Made by a program: the position numbers and the translations under genes. Shown piece by piece: positions 1-8,513 of a DNA stretch of 64,000 bases. Positions within the stretch are counted from its first letter, which is position 1, and every line of letters begins with the position of its first letter. The notes beneath the pieces were generated by a model, which worked only from the letters and a program-made list of their open reading frames with translations, did no database searches and was not told where the DNA came from. Source of the stretch: Candidatus Dormiibacterota bacterium (lineage in GTDB: Bacteria > Chloroflexota > Dormibacteria > CF-121); contig DATCOB010000105.1 of NCBI GenBank assembly GCA_036564925.1, positions 1,075-65,074 of the forward strand, in the 5' to 3' direction.

Positions 1-1
1 C

Positions 2-259
2 TGGTTGCGTCTCTTCCTGCTGACCGTGTTCATGCAGTTCGCCCAGGTGCTTGTCCTGCGTTTCGCCGGTCTCTTCGTCAGCGACCTCAACGGTAGTCCG
101 ATCCAGGCGTTGTATGGGCTGGCCGTCCTCTACTTGCTGATCAAGGTGCCCGGCCTCATGAATGCCTCGGCACACCTCGAGGGAAAGGGCGAACACATTG
201 GTGAGGCGTTTGCCAAGAAAGCCATCAAAGGCGCCATGGCGACTCGGGCCCTCGCGTGA
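2..259 (+). CDS. C-terminal fragment of a hypothetical, probably membrane-associated, protein; the 5' end lies outside the window
   Basis: The frame is open from the window start to the TGA at 257-259. GC3-rich codons and a hydrophobic stretch (LLTVFMQFAQVLVLRFAGLF). No family recognised. Confidence 0.3.
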   Translation, partial: WLRLFLLTVFMQFAQVLVLRFAGLFVSDLNGSPIQALYGLAVLYLLIKVPGLMNASAHLEGKGEHIGEAFAKKAIKGAMATRALA

Positions 260-822
260 CGCCGCTGCTGGCGGGCCGGCTTGCGCTCTTGACCTGGTCG
301 TGGCGTCGCGCCATGGTCGGCGTGGCCGTGACCTGCCTCGTCGCGCCGCTTGTGATGGCCGCCATCGTCGTCGAGGCGCAGCAAGGCCCGACCGGCCCGT
401 TGGCCCCCCCGGTGCGCGCGGCCACCCTGACCCAGCCGTTCGGGTGCAGTGCCCTGGCGCTGGAGCCGTGGTCAGCGGCCTGTCCCACCCACCACTTCCA
501 CGCGGGGGTGGACCTCGCCGCAGCTCTCGATACTCCCATCTATGCCGCCAGCGCGGGAACGGTGATCGTTCGCCGGGAGCGGGGTGGCTACGGCCTGTAC
601 ATCCTCGTGGTCCGTGACCCACGGCTCAGCACGCTGTACGGGCATCTGGACTTCCCCGTCGTCGAGACCGGTCACACGGTGACGAGCGGGCAATTGATCG
701 CCCTCATGGGATCGACCGGCAACAGTACCGGACCGCACCTGCATTTCGAGGTGCGCATCGCGGGGGTGCCGGTCGATCCACTCCCATTGGTGCCCGAGTT
801 GGCCAGGGGAGGTGGTCGCTGA
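256..822 (+). CDS. M23 family metallopeptidase (LytM/lysostaphin-like) with an N-terminal hydrophobic segment
   Basis: Motifs HHFHAGVDLAA and GSTGNSTGPHLHFEV (HxxxD and HxH zinc ligands of peptidase M23). N-terminal TM or signal segment. The start may lie upstream of the first ATG. Confidence 0.8.
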   Translation: MTPLLAGRLALLTWSWRRAMVGVAVTCLVAPLVMAAIVVEAQQGPTGPLAPPVRAATLTQPFGCSALALEPWSAACPTHHFHAGVDLAAALDTPIYAASAGTVIVRRERGGYGLYILVVRDPRLSTLYGHLDFPVVETGHTVTSGQLIALMGSTGNSTGPHLHFEVRIAGVPVDPLPLVPELARGGGR

Positions 823-870
823 CAAGACGGTCGTTCGCTGATATCCGCTCAGCTTTTCAAGGAGTAGGAA

Positions 871-1248
871 ATGGTCAACCGCGTCATCCTCGTCGGGCGT
901 CTGACACGCGACCCGGAAACGGTGACGAGCCCGAAGGGCCTCGCCATTGCCAAGCTGCGACTCGCGACGAACAACTACTCGAAAGACGACGACGGTAACC
1001 GTGTAGAAGATGTGCAGTACCACTCGCTCGTGGCATTCGGTCGCCTCGCCGGCATCTGCCAGGAATATCTGAGCCGCGGCCGTCTCATCTATGCCGAAGG
1101 CAGGTTGCGGAGTCACGAGTGGGACGGTAAGGACGGCCTGCGCCGTTACACGACCGAAGTCGTCATGGACGAAATGAAGATGTTGAGCCCGAAGAGTGAG
1201 AACGCCGTCGACGCCAGTCCGACTGTGGCTGAAGCCGTCGGCGCGTAG
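871..1248 (+). CDS. ssb: Single-stranded DNA-binding protein, OB-fold core only (125 aa); no Gly-rich linker or acidic tip in this frame
   Basis: Typical SSB N-terminus MVNRVILVGRLTRDPE...RVEDVQYHSLVAFGRLAEICQEYLSKGRLIYAEGRL. Strong SD AAGGAG 8 nt upstream of the ATG. Stop at 1246-1248. Confidence 0.85.
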   Translation: MVNRVILVGRLTRDPETVTSPKGLAIAKLRLATNNYSKDDDGNRVEDVQYHSLVAFGRLAGICQEYLSRGRLIYAEGRLRSHEWDGKDGLRRYTTEVVMDEMKMLSPKSENAVDASPTVAEAVGA

Positions 1249-1259
1249 AGGGACGGATT

Positions 1260-1394
1260 GTGATCAGCAGCACGAATCTCTATGACGACTACGATCCCGA
1301 CGAGTTCGACGAGACCGGCGCCGAGTTGGTCAATCGGTTGCCCGGCTACTCGCCGCGCGACCTGATCGATGGTGATGATCCGCTGACCTGGTGA
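1260..1394 (+). CDS. Small acidic ORF (44 aa, VISSTNLYDDYDPDEFDETGAELVNRLPGYSPRDLIDGDDPLTW); possibly the frameshifted C-terminal tail of SSB
   Basis: GTG start 6 nt after a GAGGGA SD and 11 nt after the ssb stop. GC3-biased codons. This frame is open from 1233, overlapping the last ssb codons. Acidic content and a D-D-P-L-T-W end resemble an SSB tip. Confidence 0.35.
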   Translation: MISSTNLYDDYDPDEFDETGAELVNRLPGYSPRDLIDGDDPLTW

Positions 1395-1439
1395 CCGCTC
1401 CCCCTCCCGCCGGCGCCCAAATGCTTAACCTTTCTGGCG

Positions 1440-2537
1440 ATGGCTCTGGGCGTCGGCATGGTGGGACCGCCAAACGTCGGGAAGTCCACGCTGTTCAATG
1501 CCCTGACCCGGGCGGGCGTGGGAGTCGCCTCGTACGCCTTCAGCACTATCGAACCGAACACCGCCATGGTGGAGGTCCCCGACCCTCGGCTCGACGTGCT
1601 GGCACGAATGTATCGCCCCAAGAAAGTGACGCCGACGGTGATGAAGTTCGTCGACGTCGCGGGCCTGGTGGCGGGGGCGAGCAAGGGGGAGGGAATGGGC
1701 AACCAGTTCCTTTCGAACATCCGCGAGTTGGATGCGCTCGCCATGGTCGTGCGATGCTTCCACGATCCGAACGTGCCTCACGTTTCGCAGGAGCTCGACC
1801 CGAAAGGCGCCATGGCGATGGTGAACCTCGAGCTCGCGCTGGCGGACCTCGATGTGGTCAACAAGCGGCGCGAGAAGATCGGGACCAGCGCGCGGCTGAA
1901 ACCTGGCGCGAAGGAACAGGAGGAGTTGCGATTGCTCGACAGGATTGGCGCCCACCTGGACGAGGGAAAGCCCATCCGCACGATGGTGTTCGACGAGGAC
2001 GAATCTCGCCTGTTGCGCGGCTTCGCCTTCCTCACCGCCAAGCCCGTCATCTACGTCGCCAACATCGGCGAGAACCAGATCGGCAAGGTAACGCCCGAGC
2101 TGACTGCGGTCCGCGAGGAAGCGGACGCCGAGAAGGCCGGCGTGATTGCGCTCTCGGCGCGGCTGGAATCGGACGTCCGTGAGCTTTCGCAGGACGACGC
2201 GGCGGAGTTCTTGAAAGATGCCGGGCTGGAGAAGCCGGCGCTGAATGCCTTCATTGCGGAGGCCTACCAGCTCCTCAACCTCTTGACGTTCTTGACGGCG
2301 GGCGATCCGGAGGTGCGGGCCTGGACGGTGCGAAAAGGCGCCAGGGCACCGGAGGCAGCCGGCGTGATCCACAGCGATTTCGAGCGGGGATTCATCAAGG
2401 CGGAGATCGTCGCCTATGAGGACCTGGTCGAGGCGGGTGCCTACGCGGCGGCCCGGGAGCGGGGCAAGGTCCGCCTGGAGGGACGTGACTACGTCATGCG
2501 CGACGGCGACGTCTGCTTGTTCCGATTCAATGTCTGA
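1440..2537 (+). CDS. ychF: Ribosome-binding ATPase YchF (Obg-family GTPase)
   Basis: MALGVGMVGPPNVGKSTLFNALT P-loop, G4 NxxD region, and a C-terminal TGS-like end (DYVMRDGDVCLFRFNV). Confidence 0.9.
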   Translation: MALGVGMVGPPNVGKSTLFNALTRAGVGVASYAFSTIEPNTAMVEVPDPRLDVLARMYRPKKVTPTVMKFVDVAGLVAGASKGEGMGNQFLSNIRELDALAMVVRCFHDPNVPHVSQELDPKGAMAMVNLELALADLDVVNKRREKIGTSARLKPGAKEQEELRLLDRIGAHLDEGKPIRTMVFDEDESRLLRGFAFLTAKPVIYVANIGENQIGKVTPELTAVREEADAEKAGVIALSARLESDVRELSQDDAAEFLKDAGLEKPALNAFIAEAYQLLNLLTFLTAGDPEVRAWTVRKGARAPEAAGVIHSDFERGFIKAEIVAYEDLVEAGAYAAARERGKVRLEGRDYVMRDGDVCLFRFNV

Positions 2538-3369
2538 TCCGACCTGGCGGCTGCTGATCGATGCGCATGCGCGCGGAGCCTGGAACATGGGCGTGGACGA
2601 GGTGCTGCTGGATGGCGTGGCGCTCGGGACGGCGCCGCCCACCGTGCGGTTCTACCAATGGCAACCGGCATGCCTCTCGCTGGGGTACTTTCAGCCGCCC
2701 TCCGTCGTTAACCTCGAGGGCTGCAGGACACTGGGCGTCGACGTGGTTCGTCGCCCGACCGGCGGTCGCGCCATCCTGCACGATCGCGAGCTCACCTACA
2801 GCGTGGCCATGCCGGTGGCGAGGCTCGGTCATGATCAGGCGGTCCTGTCGTCATACCGCCGGCTGAGCCTCGGAATTCTGGTTGGCCTTCGGGCGCTTCA
2901 GGTGCCCGTGTCGCTCGCTCCGGCGGCCATCGGGACCGGGCCAGAGCATGGACCCGCATGCTTCGATCGCGCGTCGGCAAACGAACTCCTGCTTCACGGG
3001 CGCAAGCTGGTCGGGAGTGCCCAGGTTCGCCGCAACGGTGCGGTGCTCCAGCACGGCAGCATCCTGTTCGAGCCGCAGGTCGAACGTCTATCCGCCTGCC
3101 TGCACCTTCCCGAGGACCAGCAGCCGCCAGGCTATCTCGGGTCTCACCTGGCCGGCCTTTGCGAGGTGGGCGCCTTTAAGGTTCGCGACGTGGCCTCGGC
3201 AGTGGGCCGCGGGTTGGCCGAGCAGTTCGGCATCCAGCTTGAGCCCGGCGCGCTTAAGCCCGCTGAGGCGGAGGCGGCGGGGCGGCTGGCGGCGAGCCGG
3301 TATGCGGATGCCGCGTGGATGGCGGCGCCCGCGCTGGCAGAGGCCGGAAATACAACAAGGACCAGATGA
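2530..3369 (+). CDS. Lipoate-protein ligase / octanoyltransferase family (BPL/LPL catalytic domain) protein
   Basis: Internal ATG in frame within track ORF 2416-3369; it overlaps the ychF stop (ATGTCTGA). Motifs RRPTGGRAILHDRELTYS and HGRKLVGSAQ (lipoyl/octanoyl-AMP binding lysine region) are typical of the LplA/LipM catalytic domain. Confidence 0.7.
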   Translation: MSDPTWRLLIDAHARGAWNMGVDEVLLDGVALGTAPPTVRFYQWQPACLSLGYFQPPSVVNLEGCRTLGVDVVRRPTGGRAILHDRELTYSVAMPVARLGHDQAVLSSYRRLSLGILVGLRALQVPVSLAPAAIGTGPEHGPACFDRASANELLLHGRKLVGSAQVRRNGAVLQHGSILFEPQVERLSACLHLPEDQQPPGYLGSHLAGLCEVGAFKVRDVASAVGRGLAEQFGIQLEPGALKPAEAEAAGRLAASRYADAAWMAAPALAEAGNTTRTR

Positions 3370-3421
3370 GGAGGGGCATTGCAGCGGCGATGGCAGGACG
3401 GCTGCAGAAATCTGGCCCTTG

Positions 3422-3452
3422 TTGACTCGCGGCTTGAGGTACACGCTATATG
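3422..3452 (+). promoter_or_regulatory. Candidate sigma70-type promoter (TTGACT, 18-19 nt spacer, TATATG) in a lower-GC 170-nt gap
   Basis: TTGACT at about 3422-3427 and CTATAT/TATATG at about 3446-3452. This is the only AT-richer intergenic stretch before the membrane-protein/protease/selA/selB gene string. Confidence 0.35.
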
Positions 3453-3541
3453 TTGTACCCGCGGGGATTTTTACCACAGCCCGTTGGACGTGTCAAGCGC
3501 TTATCCACTTTCGCGGTAAACTCCACTGCGCGAATGCGCAG

Positions 3542-3904
3542 ATGGCCAGAAAGAACAAGCGCTCCCAGCCTCGTAAGCCCCAGCGCGGACCGTCTGGCGC
3601 CTCCCCGGTCAGCCGGCCGGCCAGCTCCCTGTCCCCCGCGCCCAAGCCGGTCCCGCCGGCCGAACCGCTCGGCGCCGTAACCGTCCCGGCGGTGCCGCGC
3701 CCCGCGCCCGTTCCCCGTCCGGCCTCCCGGTCGGTTCGCGGACGAATGGCCGCCGGACCGCTCCCACCGCAGGACGCCACCATCCCGTTGGAACGGGTCC
3801 CGTATTTCCGCGCCGACCTGCGCCGCATTGCGATCACCGCGGGCCTGATGTTCGTGTTGCTGATCGTCGGGTCGATCGTGTTAAGGCACCTGTTGCTGGC
3901 CTAG
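3542..3904 (+). CDS. Pro/Arg-rich protein with a single C-terminal TM helix (tail-anchored), 120 aa, hypothetical
   Basis: Internal ATG of spurious track ORF 2882-3904. The N-terminus is basic (MARKNKRSQPRKPQR), followed by a Pro-rich middle and a C-terminal TM (ITAGLMFVLLIVGSIVLRHLLLA). No SD found. Confidence 0.45.
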   Translation: MARKNKRSQPRKPQRGPSGASPVSRPASSLSPAPKPVPPAEPLGAVTVPAVPRPAPVPRPASRSVRGRMAAGPLPPQDATIPLERVPYFRADLRRIAITAGLMFVLLIVGSIVLRHLLLA

Positions 3905-3941
3905 CGTCCGTCGCGATTTTCTTTTCCCTGATACTAGATTC

Positions 3942-4586
3942 GTGAACCTCGGCGATCCCACCCGCTTCATCCTCGATGTGCTTTACCTGGTCCCGGCGCT
4001 GGTGCTGGGCCTTACGGCGCACGAACTAGCTCATGCTGGCGTCGCTGTGGCACGAGGGGACCAGACGCCGCGGATCGATGGCCGCCTTTCCATCAATCCG
4101 AGCCACCATCTCGACCCGTGGGGGACGCTGGCCGTATTTTTTATTCATTTCGGTTGGGCGCGCCCACTACGGCTGAACCCCTACCGGATGCGGAGCGTCT
4201 TCGATCCCATCCTGGTGTGGCTTGCGGGACCGGTGGCCAGCCTGCTGATAGCGGTCGCCCTCTCACTCCCTCTCAAGTGGATGATCGCAGCGCCCGTCGT
4301 CGGCATCGGCTCGCCGGTCTTCGAGGTCCTCCTCACGGCCTTTTACTTCAACGTCCTGCTCGCCGTGTTGAACCTGATCCCCATCCCTGGACTGGATGGG
4401 TACAACGTGCTGGCGGCCCTCCTACGGCGCCGTTTCTCGCGGCTGTTCTTTCGAGTCGACTCCAGCCGCCAGGTCATCATCGGGGTCGTGGTGCTGCTCG
4501 TCGTCTTCATCCCGGGACTTCTCAATTACGCGTACGATCCCGTCTCCACGCTGCTGCTTGGTGATGTGATCCGGCCCGTTTCCTGA
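3942..4586 (+). CDS. Membrane-embedded zinc metalloprotease (HExxH; site-2 protease / M50-like fold)
   Basis: HELAH motif inside the first TM helix (LGLTAHELAHAGVAVARG), multiple TM segments, and a C-terminal LDG motif (PIPGLDGYNVLAAL) as in S2P-family proteases. Confidence 0.6.
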   Translation: MNLGDPTRFILDVLYLVPALVLGLTAHELAHAGVAVARGDQTPRIDGRLSINPSHHLDPWGTLAVFFIHFGWARPLRLNPYRMRSVFDPILVWLAGPVASLLIAVALSLPLKWMIAAPVVGIGSPVFEVLLTAFYFNVLLAVLNLIPIPGLDGYNVLAALLRRRFSRLFFRVDSSRQVIIGVVVLLVVFIPGLLNYAYDPVSTLLLGDVIRPVS

Positions 4587-5938
4587 TGAATGCCCTGCGG
4601 CAACTCCCGAGCGTCAACGCGTTGCTGGATGCGTCGTTCGGCCGCACGTTGATCGAGCGGCACGGTCGTGCGCTGGTCCTGTTCGCGGTGAAGACCGTGC
4701 TGGAAGAGGAGCGGCAGACCGGCGCGGTCCATGACGATCCGGAACGCTGGCGGCGCGTCGACGATGCCATTCGCCGCCTGCGAGAGCCTCGCCTGCAGCC
4801 ATGCATCAATGCCACCGGTGTGATCCTGCATACCAACCTCGGTCGGGCCCCACTGGCCGACGCGGCCGCCGCCGCCGCCGCCGCGGTTGCCCGCGGTTAC
4901 TCGACGCTGGAGGTTGACCTGGGCTCCGGCAAGCGCGGCCTGCGCCACGACCTGGTGAGCGGGATGCTCTCGCATCTGACCGGCGCCGAGGCGGCCGCCG
5001 TGGTCAACAACTGTGCAGCAGCCACCCTGCTGATGCTGTCGGCGCTGGCAAGGGGCAAAGAGGTCCTCGTCTCCCGGGGCGAGTTGGTGGAGATCGGCGG
5101 GGCCTTCAGAATGCCCGAGATCATGCGGCTGTCGGGCGCGCGGATGGTGGAGGTCGGCACCACGAACCGGACCAGGGTGGAGGACTATGCGCAGGCCATC
5201 ACGACGCGGACCGCAGCCATCCTCAAGGTGCACGCCAGCAACTTCCAGGTGGTCGGCTTCACCGAGAGCGCTGACCTCGGCAGCCTGGCCGCCCTGGCCC
5301 GCGACCGCGACCTGCTTCTCCTGCACGACCTCGGCAGCGGCGCCCTCCTTAAGACCAGCGCCTATGGCCTGGCGGGGGAGCCCCGGATCCAGGACAGCAT
5401 CGCCGCGGGTGTCCACCTCGTGGTGTGTAGTGCGGACAAGATGCTGGGAGGCCCGCAGGCCGGGCTGTTGCTCGGGCGGGCCGCCCTGGTGGCTCGCACG
5501 CTCAAACATCCGCTGGCCCGCGCCGTCCGAATCGACAAGATGACGCTGGCCGCGCTGGCCGCCACGCTCGACCTCTATCTGACCGGGGCCGCGACGACAC
5601 TGCCAATCTGGGAAATGATCGCCGCCACGCCGTCCGCGCTCGCGGGCCGTAGCGCGACGTGGCAGCGCCGCCTCGAGGCGCGTGGGGTCAAGTGCGAGCT
5701 CAAGCCAGGGGAGTCGACCGTGGGTGGTGGCTCCCTCCCCGGAGAACGGCTGCCCACCACCTTGCTCGCCCTCGCGGCACCGGGAGCCCGCGCCGGCCGC
5801 CTCCTGGAGCGGCTGCGCGGTCATCGGCCGCCGGTGATCGCTCGGATCGATGCGGGCCGGGTCGTGCTCGATCCCCGCACCGTCCTGCCCGACCAGGACG
5901 ACGAGGTGGTCGAGGCCGTTCTCGCGGCGGTCTCATGA
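4586..5938 (+). CDS. selA: L-seryl-tRNA(Sec) selenium transferase
   Basis: Characteristic SelA N-terminus (LRQLPSVNALLD) and INATGVILHTNLGRAPL motif. The PLP-lysine region is (SADKMLGGPQAGLLLG). The start ATG overlaps the preceding stop (ATGA). Contains a poly-Ala run from a (GCC)n repeat at about 4860-4885. Confidence 0.9.
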   Translation: MNALRQLPSVNALLDASFGRTLIERHGRALVLFAVKTVLEEERQTGAVHDDPERWRRVDDAIRRLREPRLQPCINATGVILHTNLGRAPLADAAAAAAAAVARGYSTLEVDLGSGKRGLRHDLVSGMLSHLTGAEAAAVVNNCAAATLLMLSALARGKEVLVSRGELVEIGGAFRMPEIMRLSGARMVEVGTTNRTRVEDYAQAITTRTAAILKVHASNFQVVGFTESADLGSLAALARDRDLLLLHDLGSGALLKTSAYGLAGEPRIQDSIAAGVHLVVCSADKMLGGPQAGLLLGRAALVARTLKHPLARAVRIDKMTLAALAATLDLYLTGAATTLPIWEMIAATPSALAGRSATWQRRLEARGVKCELKPGESTVGGGSLPGERLPTTLLALAAPGARAGRLLERLRGHRPPVIARIDAGRVVLDPRTVLPDQDDEVVEAVLAAVS

Positions 5939-7824
5939 CCGAGCTGCCGGACTCCTTTGTCGTCGGCACCGCGGGTCACATCGACCATGGCAAGTCGACG
6001 CTTGTCAAAGCGCTGACCCAGATCGATCCCGACCGCCTCGACGAGGAGAAGCGGCGAGGCATGACCATCGACCTTGGATTTGCCTACATGGACTTGCCAA
6101 GTGGACGGCATCTTGGCATCGTCGACGTGCCAGGGCACCAGCGATTCCTGAAGAACATGCTGGCCGGGGTGCACGGCATGGATGCGGTGATCCTGGTGGT
6201 GGCCGCCGATGAAGGGCCGATGCCGCAGACTCGCGAACACCTTGCCATCATTGACCTGCTCGCGATCGAGCATGGCGTCGTGGCTCTAACCAAAGCGGAC
6301 CTGGTCGAGCAGGACTGGCTGGATCTCTGCCGTGAGGATATCCGGCGAATGGTCAGCGGCTCATCGCTGCGTCGAGCGCCCCTCATCCCCGTCTCCAGTA
6401 CGACCGGAGCCGGTCTTACGGACCTTCGCCGCGCGCTCGATGCCGAGCTCGCGCAGACGCTCCCGCGGCCCGATCTCGGCCGGCCGCGTCTGCCGGTCGA
6501 CCGGTGTTTTACGATGCCGGGCTTCGGAACGGTGGTCACCGGAACGCTGGTGGGGGGCCGGCTCAACGAGGGCGACGAGGTGATCATCCTCCCCGGCGAG
6601 CGCCGCGCCCGCATTCGGGGATTGCAGCAGCACAACCGGCCCGTCAGGGAGGCGCGGCCAGGCAGCCGGACGGCGGTGAACCTTGCCGGGCTCGAGCGCG
6701 CGGCGATACGCCGGGGGGACGTGCTTGCCACCAACGGGACGCTCAGCGCCAGCCGTCGGCTCGACACCCATCTCACCGTGCTGGCGGACGCCACCCAATC
6801 GGTGCGGCACCGCGCCCGCCTCCTGATGTACCACGAAACGGCCGAGATTCCGGTCGAAGTGAATCTTCTGGATGGGGACGAGCTTCGTCCAGGTCAGTCC
6901 GGCTGGGCTCAGCTGTACACGGGGGCGCCGGCCGTGGCGCTCGCGGGTGATCGCTTTATCGTGCGCCTGCCGTCGCCCGCTACCACCGTGGCCGGCGGCG
7001 TTATCGTCGATATCGCGCCCCGCCGGCATCGCCGCCGCGACCGCGTTGTCATTGACGAACTGGAATCGCGGGAGCGGGGAGATGCGTCGACCCGGCTGGT
7101 CATCGAACTGGCCAAGCACCCGACCGGCCTTGACGAGCCGGCCATCGCTCGGCGGCTCGATCTGCCGGCGGCCCAGGTTGAGGACGTGCTCCGGCGCCTG
7201 GACGGCACCGGCGCGGTCCGCCGCCTCGGCGGGACAACCATGACCCGTGACCAGGTGCTGCGATTGACGGCGAGGGTCACCGGGATCCTTGAGACCTTCC
7301 ACGCGGCCCAGCCTTTGCGCCGGGGAATGCCCAAGGAGGAGTTGCGCACGCGGACCAACCTGAGCCCGGCACTCTTTCCCGCGGTCCTCTCCTCGCTGGT
7401 GGCCGACAGCGTCGTGGTCGAGCACGGCACGGAGGTTGCGCGTTTCGATCACCGACCCCGCCTCTCCCCCGCTCAAGAGGCCGCCATCCAGCAATCATTG
7501 ACCGCCCTGCACGTCCAGCCATTCGCACCCCCGCCGCTGGCCGAGCTGATCCAGCGTCACGGCCTCACGCCGGAACTTCTCCAGTACCTGGTCGCCGAAG
7601 GTCAGGTCATTCGACTGACGGACGACATCGTGCTGTCGAAACGTGCCTTCGAAGAGGCGGCGGCTCGTCTGCGAACCTACCTCCGTGAGAACCGAACGCT
7701 CACGGTGGCGGCGGCACGAGATCTGCTCGGCTCCAGCCGGCGATACGTGCTTCCGCTGCTCGAATGGCTGGACGCCCAGAAGATCACGCGTCGAGTGGGA
7801 GATGACCGTATCCTGAGGGGTTGA
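5935..7824 (+). CDS. selB: Selenocysteine-specific translation elongation factor
   Basis: Internal ATG of track ORF 5659-7824 overlapping the selA stop (ATGA). N-terminus [23 protein letters not shown] (G1), DVPGHQRF (G3), TKADL (G4), and a long C-terminal winged-helix extension typical of bacterial SelB. Confidence 0.9.
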   Translation: MTELPDSFVVGTAGHIDHGKSTLVKALTQIDPDRLDEEKRRGMTIDLGFAYMDLPSGRHLGIVDVPGHQRFLKNMLAGVHGMDAVILVVAADEGPMPQTREHLAIIDLLAIEHGVVALTKADLVEQDWLDLCREDIRRMVSGSSLRRAPLIPVSSTTGAGLTDLRRALDAELAQTLPRPDLGRPRLPVDRCFTMPGFGTVVTGTLVGGRLNEGDEVIILPGERRARIRGLQQHNRPVREARPGSRTAVNLAGLERAAIRRGDVLATNGTLSASRRLDTHLTVLADATQSVRHRARLLMYHETAEIPVEVNLLDGDELRPGQSGWAQLYTGAPAVALAGDRFIVRLPSPATTVAGGVIVDIAPRRHRRRDRVVIDELESRERGDASTRLVIELAKHPTGLDEPAIARRLDLPAAQVEDVLRRLDGTGAVRRLGGTTMTRDQVLRLTARVTGILETFHAAQPLRRGMPKEELRTRTNLSPALFPAVLSSLVADSVVVEHGTEVARFDHRPRLSPAQEAAIQQSLTALHVQPFAPPPLAELIQRHGLTPELLQYLVAEGQVIRLTDDIVLSKRAFEEAAARLRTYLRENRTLTVAAARDLLGSSRRYVLPLLEWLDAQKITRRVGDDRILRG

Positions 7825-8513
7825 TGCCCTCCCATGGTCGTTCTCTCGCCTGCGCCGTCGGCGTGATCGGTGCCGCGCTCACCGCCTGTGGATCGGCGCC
7901 TCCTGCCGCTCAGCCGCTCCTGCAGCAAACGAGCGATCGCATGGCCCACCTCAAAGGGTTCCATTTCCGAATGGTGATCACGGGCTACACCGGCACCGGC
8001 GAACCGGTTCAAACCGCCGAAGGCGAGGCTCACCCGCCGGATCTGCACGCGAGGGTTAACCTCCGCGAAAGCAGCTTCCTGGTCGAGGTTGAAGTCATCT
8101 TCAGCGGGACCGATGTCTACCTCAAGTCGCTCACGGGGGGCTGGCAACGCCTCACCCAGGCGCAGGTCTCGCAGTTCTTCGATGCCCGCACGCTTTTTGA
8201 TAAGCAGGCCGGCCTCTTTCCCGCGATGCGAGAGACGCAGTCGCCCCGTGTCGGAACGCAGGAATCGGTCGATGGCCACGATACCTATCCCGTCAGCGGC
8301 TCGATTCCCGCGCCGCGCATGCATCAGTTGCTCGCCCTCATCCGGGATCAGGGCTCGTATCGTGCCACCTACTGGATCGAAAGCCCCGCGAACACCCTCT
8401 GGCGGGCGCAGCTGACCGGCAACCTGTTTGATCCCGCGCGCGCCGCCACCGTGACCTTCGATTTCTCAAATCATGACCAGCCCATTTCAGTCTCTGCGCC
8501 TCCGCTCGGTTAA
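7824..8513 (+). CDS. Secreted lipoprotein, LppX/LprAFG-like
   Basis: Signal peptide with lipobox LTAC-G ([24 protein letters not shown]). Size about 230 aa and a position immediately upstream of an MFS transporter, as in the mycobacterial lprG-Rv1410c pair. The start overlaps the selB stop. Confidence 0.6.
   Translation: MPSHGRSLACAVGVIGAALTACGSAPPAAQPLLQQTSDRMAHLKGFHFRMVITGYTGTGEPVQTAEGEAHPPDLHARVNLRESSFLVEVEVIFSGTDVYLKSLTGGWQRLTQAQVSQFFDARTLFDKQAGLFPAMRETQSPRVGTQESVDGHDTYPVSGSIPAPRMHQLLALIRDQGSYRATYWIESPANTLWRAQLTGNLFDPARAATVTFDFSNHDQPISVSAPPLG

Noticed and set aside
1425-2642. 405-aa minus-strand ORF antisense to ychF (similar cases: 4526-5824 antisense to selA, 6361-7494 antisense to selB, 30487-32436 antisense to the SBP gene, 10762-11865 antisense to cca, 8338-9246, 16063-16818)
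   Set aside because: Long shadow ORFs typical of high-GC DNA. Arg/Pro/Gly-rich low-complexity translations, wrong-phase GC3, and each is fully overlapped by a recognisable gene on the other strand.
2882-3904. 340-aa plus-strand ORF spanning the lplA-like gene and the intergenic gap
   Set aside because: Its 5' two-thirds is out of phase with the lipoate ligase-like gene and runs through the AT-richer promoter region. Only the last 120 codons (3542-3904) have coherent protein-like character.
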